DNA of 24,047 bases from a virus (taxonomy: Duplodnaviria > Caudoviricetes), in the IMG/VR virus record IMGVR_UViG_3300005805_000490, positions 1 through 24,047 of that record; one strand, 5' to 3'. This document shows, piece by piece, positions 16,491-23,167 of this stretch. Every line of letters starts with the position of its first letter. Position 1 is the stretch's first letter. The position numbers and the translations under genes are program-made. The notes beneath the pieces were generated by a model that saw only the letters and a list, made by a program, of their open reading frames with translations, was not told where the DNA came from and ran no database searches.

Positions 16491-16975
16491 CTGTTACTTA
16501 AAAGCTCATACACCTTATTAGTAATGTCTTCAGAACGACCAAATGCTTCTACTTCCCAAGGCTGACTACGATAAGACTTATAGGTTGTACCTTTTGCTCC
16601 AATATTACCTTTCCATGCAAGTCGGTAACCAACACGAGGTACCCTAATATGCTCTAACTTTCCAGTCTTGAATTGCTCAGCATGAATAAGTTCGTGACTC
16701 AAAGTTTGAGCAAAATCTTCTAGATCAGCTCTAGGCAAAAGACAAACAGTTTTGGTATCGCTTACATAAAGGCCTTGAGTCTTACCTTTAAATGTGCAAA
16801 TGCGAAACTTAACATTAGAAGGAATATCAAGAACTTTGCGATAAGCATCGAGAGTTAGTTCAATGAACCTTACAGCTCTGAATGCACGCTCCTCGAGCTT
16901 AGGGTCCTTACGAACCTGCAAAGACATATAAATTGAATGTGACTTACTAACTAATTTATCAGTGCTTTTTATCAT
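16487..16975 (-). CDS. Putative zinc metallopeptidase-like protein (HExxH)
   Basis: TLSHELIHAEQ and QPWEVEAF motifs; AGGAG RBS. Confidence 0.75.
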   Translation of the reverse strand: MIKSTDKLVSKSHSIYMSLQVRKDPKLEERAFRAVRFIELTLDAYRKVLDIPSNVKFRICTFKGKTQGLYVSDTKTVCLLPRADLEDFAQTLSHELIHAEQFKTGKLEHIRVPRVGYRLAWKGNIGAKGTTYKSYRSQPWEVEAFGRSEDITNKVYELLSNS

Positions 16976-16999
16976 AACGATCTCCTACTCAATGAGACC

Positions 17000-17027
17000 A
17001 TTATACAGCTTTTTTGGAAAAAGTCAA
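17000..17027 (-). promoter_or_regulatory. Sigma70-type early promoter
   Basis: TTGACT-N16-TATAAT. Confidence 0.8.
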
Positions 17028-17296
17028 CTAGTGTAACTTTTTATTAGCGCATTGCCAAGCGGACTTATAGGTCCTTGAAAAATAAGGGGATTTTTGAACT
17101 GTGATTCAACCAACTTTATTAGTCTTGTTGCAAGACCTTTTCTGCGGTACATTGGTTGTACAAAGATGTATTCGACCTCAGCTTCATTGTTGTACCTTAT
17201 GAAGCCGAGAGTCGTGTTTTCGTTTTTAAAAGTAATGATGCCATCTGTAAAGACGACATCATACTCTACTTTAGACTTGTTCAGCTTTGTAGGCAT
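17024..17296 (-). CDS. Minimal GNAT-family acetyltransferase
   Basis: [16 protein letters not shown] acetyl-CoA-binding motif A; start uncertain, nearest in-frame ATG (17296) lies inside rubrerythrin. Confidence 0.7.
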   Translation of the reverse strand: MPTKLNKSKVEYDVVFTDGIITFKNENTTLGFIRYNNEAEVEYIFVQPMYRRKGLATRLIKLVESQFKNPLIFQGPISPLGNALIKSYTS

Positions 17297-17705
17297 CCAA
17301 AGTCTTTTTAAACTTACCAGCATGTGAACGCTCTGCCTTGGCAAGTGTTTCAAACCAGTCAGCAATCTCGTCAAAACCTTCTTCGCGAGCATCTCTTGCC
17401 ATTCCTGGGTACATATCGGTGTACTCGTGAGTTTCTCCAGCAATAGCAGACTCAAGAGCTTCTTCAACGGTTTTGGCTGGTAGACCAGTTTCTGGATCTC
17501 CAGAACCACCATTGATTAGATATTCCATATGACCATGAGCGTGACCAGTCTCACCTTCTGCTGTGTGACGGAAGATCGCTGCTACATCTGGTGCACCAGC
17601 AACGTCAGCCATGTTTGCAAAATAAAGATAACGACGATTGGCTTTGGATTCACCTGCAAATGCATCCTTGAGGTGTTGTTCAGTTTTTGTTCCTTGTACT
17701 TTCAT
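17271..17705 (-). CDS. rbr: Rubrerythrin (short form, no rubredoxin domain)
   Basis: [33 protein letters not shown] and AERSH di-iron ExxH motifs; AAGGAG RBS. Confidence 0.95.
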   Translation of the reverse strand: MKVQGTKTEQHLKDAFAGESKANRRYLYFANMADVAGAPDVAAIFRHTAEGETGHAHGHMEYLINGGSGDPETGLPAKTVEEALESAIAGETHEYTDMYPGMARDAREEGFDEIADWFETLAKAERSHAGKFKKTLDAYKAEQV

Positions 17706-17792
17706 GTATTCTCCTTGTTGTAGAAACTACCCATATAATTTATATCAATCGTTAGACAATTACCATTACTTTTTTTCTATCAACTTGATAGT

Positions 17793-17867
17793 TGGTGCGT
17801 CAGGTAGGACTCGAACCTACACTCTAGCGATTATGAGTCGCTTGCTTCGCCTTTAAGCTACTGACGC
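17793..17867 (-). tRNA. tRNA with CAT anticodon, most likely tRNA-Ile2 (lysidine, reads AUA)
   Basis: Cloverleaf with GCGTCAG/CTGACGC acceptor stem and encoded CCA; anticodon arm AGCGA-CTCATAA-TCGCT resembles E. coli ileX; no initiator features. Confidence 0.85.
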
Positions 17868-18338
17868 TTTATTACCACACAACTCTTTGTAACGATCTGC
17901 AGCGTATGAGGCAGCAAATGCATTTGGCTTTACCATAGGAATAACATTACACGTTCCTCTGATGTAACCAATTGCTTCGTTGATTACGCAATTAGATCCA
18001 TACATCTCGTTTGGGTTAATGTCTAGATGAACTTCTACTAATCTATCAACCAACACATCTGATAACTTTAAGTATAGTTCTGATAGTTTGTATGCTTCAT
18101 TCATAAGACGGAAACGAGGGCGGTCGACTTTTTGATCAAAGTCTTTTTCTCTAATAACTTCACCAAAAAGTTTACAACCATGTTTACCATCTTTGTGGAT
18201 TACTACTGCGAGGATGTAGTCAGCGTGCCATTCATTTTTTATTCTAAATCTTTCGGAATCGCAACCAAGATAAATTCTTGTTTCTGGTGAAGACTGAACA
18301 ATGTAGGTACGAACTTCTTCGAGATCTAGTTTAAACAT
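17853..18338 (-). CDS. RNase H-like protein (YkuK/DUF458 family)
   Basis: IYLGCDS, RLMNEA, EVHLDIN and AASYAAD motifs; start placed at MFKLDL. Confidence 0.8.
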   Translation of the reverse strand: MFKLDLEEVRTYIVQSSPETRIYLGCDSERFRIKNEWHADYILAVVIHKDGKHGCKLFGEVIREKDFDQKVDRPRFRLMNEAYKLSELYLKLSDVLVDRLVEVHLDINPNEMYGSNCVINEAIGYIRGTCNVIPMVKPNAFAASYAADRYKELCGNKASVA

Positions 18339-18345
18339 ATCAACC

Positions 18346-18891
18346 TTAAAAAAATGATGTAATAGTAAGTCTAGAGTCTTCTTTGGTAACACCAAAGAAA
18401 GATTGAGGAGTATGTAGTATATCTCCTCTATAGCACACAAGTCTATTAAATTTATTTTCCACCACTATTTCTTTTTTATTATGTTTTAACAAAGTACCGC
18501 TATTTGGAGGTGGATTGGGAGAAAGATATATCACACTAGCATATGAAGAATAATCTCTATGCCAAAAATCTTCAGAAAACTTTAAAGAGAAATTGGTAAA
18601 ATGAAAATACGATTTAAAATTAAAAAAATCTAATTGAATATTGTAAAATTTTTTAAAAAGATAATCATGTGATCTAATGATACTTTGATTTAATTCTGGC
18701 AATGTTTTTTCGAGCAAATCAGATCTATATCCCCTCCAAGCATATGGAGGTATGTTTGTCAAATCTTTTTCTAAAGTAATGCCTTGAAGGCATTCTTCCT
18801 CTTTAGAAAAGAATGCAACATCGTCAACCAACTTAGCTATGGCTAGTGGGTTTTTAAAAAGATTGTCAACTACAAAATAGTCAAATGTCAT
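18346..18891 (-). CDS. 2OG-Fe(II) oxygenase-like protein (DUF6445-like)
   Basis: VVDNLF, GYRS, WHRD (HxD), VIYLSP...SGT, NRLVCY...LH and SRLT motifs. Confidence 0.8.
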   Translation of the reverse strand: MTFDYFVVDNLFKNPLAIAKLVDDVAFFSKEEECLQGITLEKDLTNIPPYAWRGYRSDLLEKTLPELNQSIIRSHDYLFKKFYNIQLDFFNFKSYFHFTNFSLKFSEDFWHRDYSSYASVIYLSPNPPPNSGTLLKHNKKEIVVENKFNRLVCYRGDILHTPQSFFGVTKEDSRLTITSFF

Positions 18892-18903
18892 ATCTATTTA
18901 AAT

Positions 18904-18987
18904 TGGTGCGAATGGAGGGACTCGAACCCTCAATCCCGGAGGCGACAGATTTTAAGTCTGTTGTGTATACCATTCCACCACATTCGC
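18904..18987 (-). tRNA. tRNA-Leu(TAA)
   Basis: ACAGA-CTTAAAA-TCTGT anticodon arm; long variable arm; TTCGA; CCA. Confidence 0.95.
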
Positions 18988-18990
18988 ATT

Positions 18991-19066
18991 TGGCCCGTCC
19001 GGTAGGAATCGAACCTACGACCCACAGCTTAGAAGGCTGTTGCTCTATCCACTGAGCTACGGACGG
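18991..19066 (-). tRNA. tRNA-Arg(TCT)
   Basis: ACAGC-CTTCTAA-GCTGT anticodon arm; CCA. Confidence 0.95.
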
Positions 19067-19071
19067 AAATC

Positions 19072-19145
19072 TGGTGCCCTCTGACAGAATCGAACTGCCA
19101 ATTGATGATTACAAATCAACTGTTATACCATTTAACTAAGAGGGC
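19072..19145 (-). tRNA. tRNA-Thr(TGT)
   Basis: GTTGA-TTTGTAA-TCATC anticodon arm (one U-U mismatch); CCA. Confidence 0.92.
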
Positions 19146-19152
19146 AAAACTT

Positions 19153-19228
19153 TGGCTCCAGAGGCAGGGCTCGAACCTGCGACATACGGATTAACAGTCC
19201 GCCGTTCTACCAGCTGAACTACTCCGGA
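19153..19228 (-). tRNA. tRNA-Asn(GTT)
   Basis: GCGGA-CTGTTAA-TCCGT anticodon arm; G73; CCA. Confidence 0.95.
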
Positions 19229-19234
19229 ACAAAA

Positions 19235-19319
19235 TGGTGGGTGGCCAGGGAATCGAACCCCGTATGCCTAAGGCGCCTGATTTACAGTCAGGTGTAGTCA
19301 CCAATGCTACTCGCCACCC
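19235..19319 (-). tRNA. tRNA-Tyr(GTA)
   Basis: CCTGA-CTGTAAA-TCAGG anticodon arm; long variable arm; A73; CCA. Confidence 0.92.
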
Positions 19320-19326
19320 AATACAT

Positions 19327-19599
19327 CTATTGTACTGCAGCCAACTTATTCAAGGCAACAGTCTCTTTTTGGAACTTTTGATGAGTATACTGAACACAAA
19401 CTACATCATCCATGTTCTTACCTACTTGTTCAATCTTAGTGCAAATAAAAGCTGATTTGCTTAGACTGTGTTTAGTATACAGCAGATCACCAGCAACATA
19501 TCCAAGACCAGCAGTAGCTAACATAAAGATAGATGCTACAAAGGTCATCTTACCACTGGATGATTGTACCTCTACAACTTCACGTTTATCTGAAAACAT
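19327..19599 (-). CDS. Hypothetical single-TM protein inside the tRNA array
   Basis: GGAG RBS before the ATG at 19599; TM segment FVASIFMLATAGLGYVAG; two downstream Cys. Confidence 0.7.
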   Translation of the reverse strand: MFSDKREVVEVQSSSGKMTFVASIFMLATAGLGYVAGDLLYTKHSLSKSAFICTKIEQVGKNMDDVVCVQYTHQKFQKETVALNKLAAVQ

Positions 19600-19662
19600 A
19601 TAAAACTCCATAATATAGTTTATTGGTAGACCTTAAGGTCCTTGTTAATTACTACATTACCC

Positions 19663-19690
19663 ATTCTACACATTTCACATTAAAAGTCAA
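19663..19690 (-). promoter_or_regulatory. Sigma70-type early promoter
   Basis: TTGACT-N16-TAGAAT. Confidence 0.7.
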
Positions 19691-19702
19691 CTTGTACCTT
19701 TT

Positions 19703-19780
19703 TGGAAGTACGGGTGGGATTTGAACCCACGAATCGAGAGTTTTGCAGACTCCGCCATTAGACCACTCTGGTACCGTACT
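19703..19780 (-). tRNA. tRNA-Cys(GCA)
   Basis: GGAGT-CTGCAAA-ACTCT anticodon arm; U73; CCA. Confidence 0.93.
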
Positions 19781-19786
19781 ATTGTT

Positions 19787-19863
19787 TGGTCCGTGTGGAG
19801 AGATTCGAACTCCCGACCCTCTGCTCCCAAAGCAGATGCGCTACCAGGCTGCGCTACACACGG
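19787..19863 (-). tRNA. tRNA-Pro(TGG)
   Basis: TCTGC-TTTGGGA-GCAGA anticodon arm; C1-G72; A73; CCA. Confidence 0.95.
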
Positions 19864-19864
19864 A

Positions 19865-19939
19865 TGGCCTCGGTGTACGGATTCGAACCGCAACTAAAAG
19901 TTTTGGAGACTTCTGTGCTACCGTTAACACTACACCGAG
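19865..19939 (-). tRNA. tRNA-Trp(CCA)
   Basis: GAAGT-CTCCAAA-ACTTT anticodon arm; G73; CCA. Confidence 0.93.
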
Positions 19940-19951
19940 AAGAAGAAATAC

Positions 19952-20158
19952 TTAGTATTTTCTCTCTGGAAGTTTGGTGCTCTCAAGATGTTTTTGCCAT
20001 CTTTTCTTTGCAGCATTGCGTTTAAGTTTTCGTGCAATGCTTGGTTTAACATAAAACTCTTTTTCGCGTAGGTCTTTAAGAATTCCGTTATCGTCCACTT
20101 TCTTCTTAAAGATTCTAAAGTATTTTTCAAACTTATCGCCAATTACTTCTACTTTCAT
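19952..20158 (-). CDS. rpsU: Phage-encoded 30S ribosomal protein bS21
   Basis: FEKYFRIFKKKV...GILKDLREKEFYVKPS...KRNAAKKR matches the bS21 pattern; TGATG coupling to the upstream gene. Confidence 0.9.
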   Translation of the reverse strand: MKVEVIGDKFEKYFRIFKKKVDDNGILKDLREKEFYVKPSIARKLKRNAAKKRWQKHLESTKLPERKY

Positions 20159-20370
20159 CAATCCCACCTTGTCTTTGTTCTGGTTGCAAATGATACAGCG
20201 CCAATGAAGTCTTTTTCATCTTCAGTTAGTACTGTAAAGAATTTATCAACTTCAGACAACAGGTCAACTACTCTCTCTGGGTTGGTTAGATGAATTTGTT
20301 GTTTCACCAATCTTTCAATCTCATCTAGGCGTTGTACAACCTTATAGCGGATTTGTTCTCTAAGCTGCAT
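20158..20370 (-). CDS. Hypothetical protein
   Basis: ORF in operon orientation, coupled to rpsU. Confidence 0.7.
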   Translation of the reverse strand: MQLREQIRYKVVQRLDEIERLVKQQIHLTNPERVVDLLSEVDKFFTVLTEDEKDFIGAVSFATRTKTRWD

Positions 20371-20551
20371 GGCTACCAAGTTTTTCTGGTTTTGCTTTTA
20401 CCAGTACTGCTTGTTGTTCTTGTCGTGTTATTGCCAAGTCTGACAGAGGTGTATTCTCTGACAAGGCCGGTTTTTTTATTTTTCGACTTGGTATGAGTAA
20501 CACCGCCCGCTGTCGTCCGTTTGTATGAAAAGAGTCCCATGATTTCTCCAT
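20360..20551 (-). CDS. Hypothetical protein
   Basis: 63-aa ORF filling the gap; weak RBS. Confidence 0.45.
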   Translation of the reverse strand: MEKSWDSFHTNGRQRAVLLIPSRKIKKPALSENTPLSDLAITRQEQQAVLVKAKPEKLGSHAA

Positions 20552-20552
20552 G

Positions 20553-20801
20553 TTATTTGAAAATACTGCTATACTGTCTTAATTTATGGAATTTGTTATT
20601 TCGGTGTTCTGCATAGTCAAAGTCTGTGACTCCTTTCACATGGATCTTGGCAAGGCTAAGTAAGTACTCCACATCGCCAATCTCTTTGCAGAGGTCTTCC
20701 ATGTTCTTCTCAGCGCCAAACCTTCGAACCTTGCTGACTGCTTGGATCACTTCTGCGCATTCCTCTTGCAAGAGCATTAGAACTTCATCACTTTTTGTCA
20801 T
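20553..20801 (-). CDS. MazG-like NTP pyrophosphohydrolase domain protein
   Basis: LQEECAEVIQAVSK and KEIGDV acidic all-alpha NTP-PPase motifs. Confidence 0.8.
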   Translation of the reverse strand: MTKSDEVLMLLQEECAEVIQAVSKVRRFGAEKNMEDLCKEIGDVEYLLSLAKIHVKGVTDFDYAEHRNNKFHKLRQYSSIFK

Positions 20802-20958
20802 TGCGAATATACCTTTCCATTAAACCTTCCACAATAATACTGCTCAAGTTGATCTTAGCAGAAATCTCTTCAACTGTCAACCCATTCAAATATTCCCTTT
20901 TAACCTTCTCGATGCATTCATCCAAGATTCTGGATGTATAGGAGTTATTACTAATCAT
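20788..20958 (-). CDS. 56-aa protein with HTH-like motif (not in ORF track)
   Basis: MISNNSYTSRILDECIEKVKREYLNGLTVEEISAKINLSSIIVEGLMERYIRNDKK*; overlaps both neighbours. Confidence 0.55.
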   Translation of the reverse strand: MISNNSYTSRILDECIEKVKREYLNGLTVEEISAKINLSSIIVEGLMERYIRNDKK

Positions 20959-21292
20959 AGAGGGCTGTTTCCTTTACACCAAACATTGGAATGCCTGCTC
21001 TGCTATAACATTTCCAGCCTTCCACAAACACATAGACAAAATCAAAGCCCTTTAGTGCTTCTTCGATTGTCTCATATACTTCTGCATTACCATCATCAAA
21101 GCGCTCTGCAGTCCCATCATTATTAAACTGACGGATATTGGTACCTTCTAAGAGCTTCATTGCACGCTCATAGGTATCATGGTAGGCAGTTAGAATCTCA
21201 CCAACATGGCTTGGGTAACCATCGTAATGGCAGTAGTTCATCAGGTAGGTGCCATTATCCAGTTTGATTCCAATATTAGCACGAGTGGACAT
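20951..21292 (-). CDS. Conserved hypothetical phage protein
   Basis: MSTRANIG...YCHYDGYP motif; GGAG RBS. Confidence 0.8.
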   Translation of the reverse strand: MSTRANIGIKLDNGTYLMNYCHYDGYPSHVGEILTAYHDTYERAMKLLEGTNIRQFNNDGTAERFDDGNAEVYETIEEALKGFDFVYVFVEGWKCYSRAGIPMFGVKETALYD

Positions 21293-21623
21293 TATCGCTC
21301 TCCATTAGTTGATTGTACGAGATCCGCTTTGCAGGATACAGGATCTCTCCATCAAATTCAAGCTGTGACTTTTCAAACTCAGTCTGAAAGCTATCTTCTA
21401 CGAAACTCCAATCCACAATATACTCTTCAGCATATTCCGAAGCATACTCAATCTTTGTACGCATCTCATCAATCAGCATCATAGCCTTCTTATGAGCCAT
21501 ATCCGATTCATAGTTAAATCCAGGAATATCGATAAGATAATCGTCAGACCCCTTGAACTTCCAATAAGGCTGATCAGCTGTACCGTAGTTCTCTTTGTAT
21601 TGGGTAGTGATATAAAATAACAT
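21276..21623 (-). CDS. Conserved hypothetical phage protein
   Basis: TQYKENYG...YWKFKG and TEFEKSQLEFDGEI motifs; AGGAG RBS before the ATG at 21623. Confidence 0.8.
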   Translation of the reverse strand: MLFYITTQYKENYGTADQPYWKFKGSDDYLIDIPGFNYESDMAHKKAMMLIDEMRTKIEYASEYAEEYIVDWSFVEDSFQTEFEKSQLEFDGEILYPAKRISYNQLMESDNVHSC

Positions 21624-21649
21624 TATTGCTCTCCTATTCAATAAGACCT

Positions 21650-21677
21650 ATTATACAGCTTTTCTCAGAAAAGTCAA
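21650..21677 (-). promoter_or_regulatory. Sigma70-type early promoter
   Basis: TTGACT-N16-TATAAT; near-identical to the promoter at 17000-17027. Confidence 0.8.
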
Positions 21678-21885
21678 GAGGTACCTTTAATTAGCGTAGG
21701 TAGAAAAAGTAGTGTAAAAACAATAATGTAAAAAAGCAGGTAACAAAACCATGCGGTGTTTAGAGCCGTGGTTGCGCGCAGAAAAATTTTTTGCAAAACA
21801 CCTTTTGGATTTAGTGCCATCTCTGTACCCCCGTTCTCCATACCACCTGCCTCAAAGAATCGCCCCCCGGTGCCTCTCTAGCCAC

Positions 21886-21969
21886 TCACTTCAACTTCAC
21901 AACACCACTCATCAGCCATAGCCATCCCACAGCGCCCACAGCCAACACTACAATCTCACTCATGCTCAT
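21886..21969 (-). CDS. 27-aa membrane peptide (not in ORF track)
   Basis: MSMSEIVVLAVGAVGWLWLMSGVVKLK*; TGATG coupling and GAGG upstream. Confidence 0.5.
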   Translation of the reverse strand: MSMSEIVVLAVGAVGWLWLMSGVVKLK

Positions 21970-22160
21970 CACTCATCCCCTCTCATCCGATCGTACTCAC
22001 GCACATACGTCTTGCACAAGCGATAGAGTGCTTCAAAGCCTTCCTTCTCATGGTAGCCAAGATCAAGGTCATCGATCTCCTTGGCTTCGTACATCGCTTC
22101 TACGACCTGCGATAGGTCACCAGCCGTATTCTCAAACATGCAGTAGGACATGTTAGGCAT
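21969..22160 (-). CDS. Hypothetical early protein
   Basis: MPNMSYCMFENT N-terminus; AGGAG RBS; TAATG coupling. Confidence 0.75.
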   Translation of the reverse strand: MPNMSYCMFENTAGDLSQVVEAMYEAKEIDDLDLGYHEKEGFEALYRLCKTYVREYDRMRGDE

Positions 22161-22342
22161 TATTCTTCTCCTACAAAATTACAGGTCTCGAATGCATCGT
22201 TCTCAGGGACAGAGTCCATTGCATACTGGATTTGCTTTACCCACTCATAGGGGACTCCTAGCACCCATGCTATGGATCCAGGGGTTTCATTATCCCGCAG
22301 ACGCTCTTCGATATCAATCATCAGTTCGCTCATCTTAGACAT
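22160..22342 (-). CDS. Hypothetical early protein (possible HTH)
   Basis: AGGAG RBS; TPGSIAWVLGVPYEWV. Confidence 0.75.
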   Translation of the reverse strand: MSKMSELMIDIEERLRDNETPGSIAWVLGVPYEWVKQIQYAMDSVPENDAFETCNFVGEE

Positions 22343-22430
22343 TGAACACTCCTAGTAAGACCAGCGCTATAGCAGCACCAGCAATTAAATTAAAGACACC
22401 AGAAATTCCGTTGATCATGAGATCTTTCAT
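22335..22430 (-). CDS. 31-aa membrane peptide (not in ORF track)
   Basis: AGGAG RBS; MKDLMINGISGVFNLIAGAAIALVLLGVFNV*. Confidence 0.65.
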   Translation of the reverse strand: MKDLMINGISGVFNLIAGAAIALVLLGVFNV

Positions 22431-22431
22431 C

Positions 22432-22593
22432 TTATTCTCCTAGGTTAGAGATTACTTGCTGGATGACGCTGTCGGAGAGCTCAGAAGCAGGCAGTACGCC
22501 GTTGATCTGCAGAAGCACTACGATGTACGTGATCAGGATTGCAGCAAAAGAGAGAAGTGCGATATTACGGACTGTGATTAAAAAGCTGCTCAT
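22432..22593 (-). CDS. 53-aa membrane protein (not in ORF track)
   Basis: AAGGAG RBS; TAATG coupling; MSSFLITVRNIALLSFAAILITYIVVLLQING...NLGE*. Confidence 0.65.
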   Translation of the reverse strand: MSSFLITVRNIALLSFAAILITYIVVLLQINGVLPASELSDSVIQQVISNLGE

Positions 22594-22913
22594 TATACAG
22601 ACTCCTTCATGTTGATTTTCATAAAACCGATGCGATCTACTACATGCGTCTCATCAGTCTCCAGGTTGTGGATGATGTCGCCAACACTGATGCTGTGCAT
22701 CTCACCAACTACTTCGATCAGCGTGGAATCATCTTCTGACACGAAATTGCCGATCCGAAACACTTCATCCAGACTCCGCGCATCTACCGTTGCCACTACT
22801 TCGAACTCATCACTGATCGCTTCAATCTCGTTGGGTTTCATGAACGAGAGATCACGGATCTTAGGATTCTCAAAGGGGAGTTGGTATACTGCGTAACGGG
22901 TCATCTTAGCCAT
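22593..22913 (-). CDS. YodL-like domain protein
   Basis: YAVYQL...LDEVFRIGN...MHSISVGDII...VDRIGF pattern; AAGGA RBS before the ATG at 22913. Confidence 0.7.
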   Translation of the reverse strand: MAKMTRYAVYQLPFENPKIRDLSFMKPNEIEAISDEFEVVATVDARSLDEVFRIGNFVSEDDSTLIEVVGEMHSISVGDIIHNLETDETHVVDRIGFMKINMKESV

Positions 22914-22947
22914 TTTAGTTCCTTTAGTGTTGTTTGCCATAAGAACC

Positions 22948-22975
22948 ATTATACTGCTTTTTTCGAAAAAGTCAA
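22948..22975 (-). promoter_or_regulatory. Sigma70-type early promoter
   Basis: TTGACT-N16-TATAAT. Confidence 0.8.
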
Positions 22976-22998
22976 CAGGTACGTAACTTATTGATTTT
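22971..22998. repeat. 28-bp direct repeat, copy 1
   Basis: GTCAACAGGTACGTAACTTATTGATTTT, identical at 24011-24038. Confidence 0.9.
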
Positions 22999-23158
22999 AC
23001 TGGAGTTCTTGTTGGGCATCGTACACGAGATCTCGCGCTTGATGAAGCAGCTGGAAGACCTTATCTGCTAGTTCATCTTGCTCTGGCATCGCATTGCAGG
23101 TATCCATTGCTGCCTGCAGTTCGTCGTAGAGCGTGTCGATCTGTTCAATGCGATTCAT
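22997..23158 (-). CDS. 53-aa acidic helical protein (not in ORF track)
   Basis: AAGGA RBS; MNRIEQIDTLYDELQAAMDTC...AQQELQ*. Confidence 0.7.
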   Translation of the reverse strand: MNRIEQIDTLYDELQAAMDTCNAMPEQDELADKVFQLLHQARDLVYDAQQELQ

Positions 23159-23167
23159 GTTGGTTCC

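Noticed and set aside
17315-17330. Possible -1 frameshift at TTT-AAA-AAG fusing rubrerythrin to the GNAT
   Set aside because: The GNAT frame is +1, not -1, relative to rbr, and the heptamer is not a canonical X-XXY-YYZ site.
18892-18903. TTAAATA upstream of the DUF6445-like gene as a late promoter
   Set aside because: Imperfect match to TATAAATA in very AT-rich sequence; cannot be distinguished from chance.
17793-19939. Stop-codon reassignment or suppressor tRNAs
   Set aside because: No CTA, TTA or TCA anticodons; core genes are intact in the standard code, and all three stop codons terminate genes.
19234-20025. ORFs 19234-19455, 19687-19893, 19743-19955 and 19786-20025
   Set aside because: They overlap tRNA genes and are chance open frames in GC-rich structural RNA.
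21880-21970. C/A-rich low-complexity stretch as a CRISPR array or tandem repeat
   Set aside because: No regular repeat-spacer structure; it is explained by a Val/Gly/Trp-rich membrane peptide on the minus strand.
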